Part shown: piece after piece, positions 61,694 to 64,000 of the stretch
How the letters are laid out: each line of letters starts with the position of its first letter
Position numbering within the stretch: position 1 is the stretch's first letter
Origin: Dicyema japonicum
Taxonomy: Eukaryota; Animalia; Dicyemida
Assembly (NCBI GenBank): GCA_011109175.1
Contig: RDEW01000064.1
Location: 74,653 to 138,652, forward strand
Direction: 5' to 3'
Length of the DNA: 64,000 bases
Program-made: the position numbers and the translations under genes
The notes under the pieces: generated by a model
What the model was told of the DNA's origin: nothing
Seen by the model: only the letters and a program-made list of their open reading frames with translations
The model's database searches: none

Positions 61694-64000
61694 TCAAATT
61701 TGTGACTCTTGATTATTTGAAGGGTAAAGATCTCCACGTTTACCAAAAAAATTAAGCCAGAGACATGCACAACTAGATAATTCATAACATAAGTTAGATC
61801 TCCAGTACTCATCTGGTGTTCTGGTGATCCTAGGTCTTGCAGCAAACACATCATCATAGTTTCTGCATTCACACACAAATCAACTTTATTTTTAGTTTAT
61901 CCCCCAATCCTATTGGAATAGGTTGCGCAATCTCCTCACTCTTCCTCACCCTCAGTGGAGTAGCCGGTCTGGCCATGTAAAACTCCCCATTTTCCTTTAG
62001 TGGCGATGAGTACTTTTCTGTCAACAACTCTTCCCAACATAGTGGCTCCCTTACAGTCTCATTTTCATTGAGGTCAGCTTCCATCACTTCAGGATCGTCC
62101 TCACTGTTGTCCGCTTCCTCTTCTTCGTCCGACTTTGGAGACAATTCAGACTCATCTAATCTTCAGTCACCCATTTCAGCTTGCAGTCGGCGAAGTATAT
62201 GATTTATCTGTGCAGCATTTTCAGTCGTACTCTTCTTTAGGAGATCATTGAGCCTCTTCTCCATCTCCTATAAACTAATAATCCATCATCTAACGATTTT
62301 ACTCCCAGCCTTCCGGATTCTTTGGTCAGAGAGAAGCGTATATAGGGTTCCGTGTATGTAAGGTTTGATCTGCATATTTAGCTCAGTCAACCTCAGAGTT
62401 GGGACTTTCCAGTAATCTCAGAAGCACAGACAGGTATTTCTGAGCGTAGGAAACACAGACCTGTCGTCCAGAGTTTAAGATACAAAGATTCATTAGCAGA
62501 GCTAGTCCATACTCCAAGGAATAGTCCGAGAGACTCTCTGAATCTTCCAACCGATCCATGATCCACTGAATGAGATTCAATTTGATCATTTCTGTTTGAA
62601 ATTGCCGACTGACAGCTCACACTGAAATCTACCGCAGTGTCAGTTTTTGGATGGCTCCCACCAACTGCTGCCTAGTTGGACTGTCTCCGGGTTCTTTTTT
62701 CATAGCGGATATCATCGATTCCAACAAACTTGGAGAAAGAGTTATTTACTCCCGTCCACGTGCCAGTGAGCCCAATGAGTTAATTAAACGTGCAAGATTG
62801 TCCAATATGACCTCACTGGAGACACTGAGTGATTCGATGATCGTTTTCTGTCTATCAAATGGAAAGGTACCCCATATTGGTGTAATTTACTGCACCCGAA
62901 GATGTCGTTCGATATAAAACTCTGCAGAACCTCTTTCCTGGTACGTCTATCTGATCTTATCAGTCCCCAACGAAGAGCTTGAAGGAGAGGGGGTGTCTTT
63001 TTTTCATCCCCTTCAGCGATCTTCTGGCGAACCTTTTCGAAGTTTAATTTAATAAAGGCGACGATGTTCTTCGGTCTCATGTATATCCCCAGCTACCTTA
63101 CCTTGGTAATATAGCGGGTTTATTAGGTTGTTCCGTGCGATTTGGTCGTAAAGAGGCCCTCCCAGAGACGATTCTGCCGGTGGTCTGATTGCTGAACATC
63201 CTCTTGGCTATTTCGTCGATATTTTCAGGTGTTAGCTTCTGTAATTATAATTTTTGTACCGACTTTCCGTTCACAGTATCCTCCAAAGCATCGATTAATT
63301 CGCTGGCAATATCGATGAGGTTCCTATAGTCCGACTCTAGACTAGTCATTAGCTTGGCTGCTTGGTCTAGTTTCCTTTCAGTCTCCTTCTTTTGTCGAAC
63401 GACCTCATCCACTTTGTGCTCAGACTCCACATTCATCTATTTCCTAATTACTCCCAGCATAACCAATATGTCATAAAGTTGAGGATTCTTCTGTCCGTAA
63501 ATCTTGCTTATAAATTTCTTCAATTTGCCTATTAGACTCTTCTTCCATTCTTCAGTGAAGATGTTTTTGAAGGCTCGATGAGTGGTAGAGTTTTTGATAC
63601 ACACGAAAGCACAGTACGGAAAGAAGTCGTTCGATTGACTCAGTTCTGAGCCTTCTGTCTCCAAAAACTGCTTAAAACTGTTCATTCGATGAAAGTTCTC
63701 GTCATAATCGAACTGGGAGTTAGAATTTGGTTTACGTCGGTGGTCTCTCGGTAGGTGTAGGTGGCGAAGAATATTTCCAGGTAGAACCTCATCTTATCTT
63801 TTGTTTCCTTGTCGTTCTTGGTGGTCAAATGAGAAAAATGTTGATCCCACAGCAAAATGAATTTGCCACGACCCCCGTTTTTTATGAGGTTTAACAACTT
63901 TGACTAAATTGTTGCTAAAATTTACTTGAATTTCTGATGTGATTATTCTTGATTCTGGCATGGCTCTGTTCGTGCTTTCCTGTTCGAACTCCATCCTGAG
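61694..64000 (-). pseudogene. ARMC9: LisH domain-containing protein ARMC9 (cilia/basal body); 5' end beyond the window; likely disrupted
   Basis: FKQFLETEGSELSQ, DYRNLIDIASELIDALEDTVNGK, LLQALRW, ARLINSLGSLARGR, GAIQKLTLR, LSDYSLEYGLALLMNLC, IKPYIHGTLY, MEADL, RPATP. Introns: 63904-63925, 63713-63735, 63437-63463, about 63239-63259, 63076-63101, 62848-62870, 62609-62632, 62370-62391, 62268-62294 (21-27 nt). In-frame TAA at 62746-62748 and TGA at 62163-62165; broken last junction near 61880-61910. Confidence 0.92.

Noticed and set aside
2176-61737. About 16 near-perfect two-copy tandem duplications, by start (period): 2176 (101), 11025 (149), 12385 (90), 18857 (109), 20611 (168), 20972 (154), 24292 (115), 32089 (119), 44631 (87), 52638 (92), 53535 (96), 55520, 57554, 59148 (94), 61523 (107), plus the gap flanks at 46064 and 46760
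   Set aside because: They are read-length sized, always two copies, indifferent to sequence class, several straddle an N, and some are absent from paralogous blocks. This is typical of unmerged contig overlaps from a heterozygous short-read assembly. Only long reads could establish them as biology.
61694-64000. Ciliate origin with TAA/TAG=Gln, suggested by the tiny introns
   Set aside because: Gln is encoded by CAA/CAG throughout, and long exons and LINE ORFs are almost free of TAA/TAG.

Overview
Eukaryotic (probably animal), AT-rich, repeat-dominated window from a draft assembly with N gaps. All recognisable host genes lie on the minus strand: RIO1 kinase, ARMC9, an MLST8-like WD40 protein, a CAP/SCP protein, an HtrL/YibB-like protein and an orphan. 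Most are split by ultra-short GT-AG introns (about 21-28 nt), and nearly all carry nonsense or frameshift lesions, so the region reads as a graveyard of unprocessed gene duplicates. Tiny introns, a cilia gene (ARMC9), an animal-type CAP protein and an apparently standard code would fit a reduced ciliated parasite such as a dicyemid; this is inference only. The rest is nested mobile DNA: three RTE-clade LINE families sharing a short conserved 5' motif, I/Jockey-group LINE remnants, a CRE-clade RLE retrotransposon with an N-terminal PHD finger, a Ginger-type integrase transposon with mini-introns, and hAT, Tigger/pogo and Merlin relics. There is also a tRNA-derived SINE sharing its 3' tail with an RTE LINE, a second short retroposon family with a conserved hairpin core, and a mosaic block of at least 5 kb present in three partial copies. 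About 16 tandem duplications of 75-170 bp are most likely assembly artefacts.
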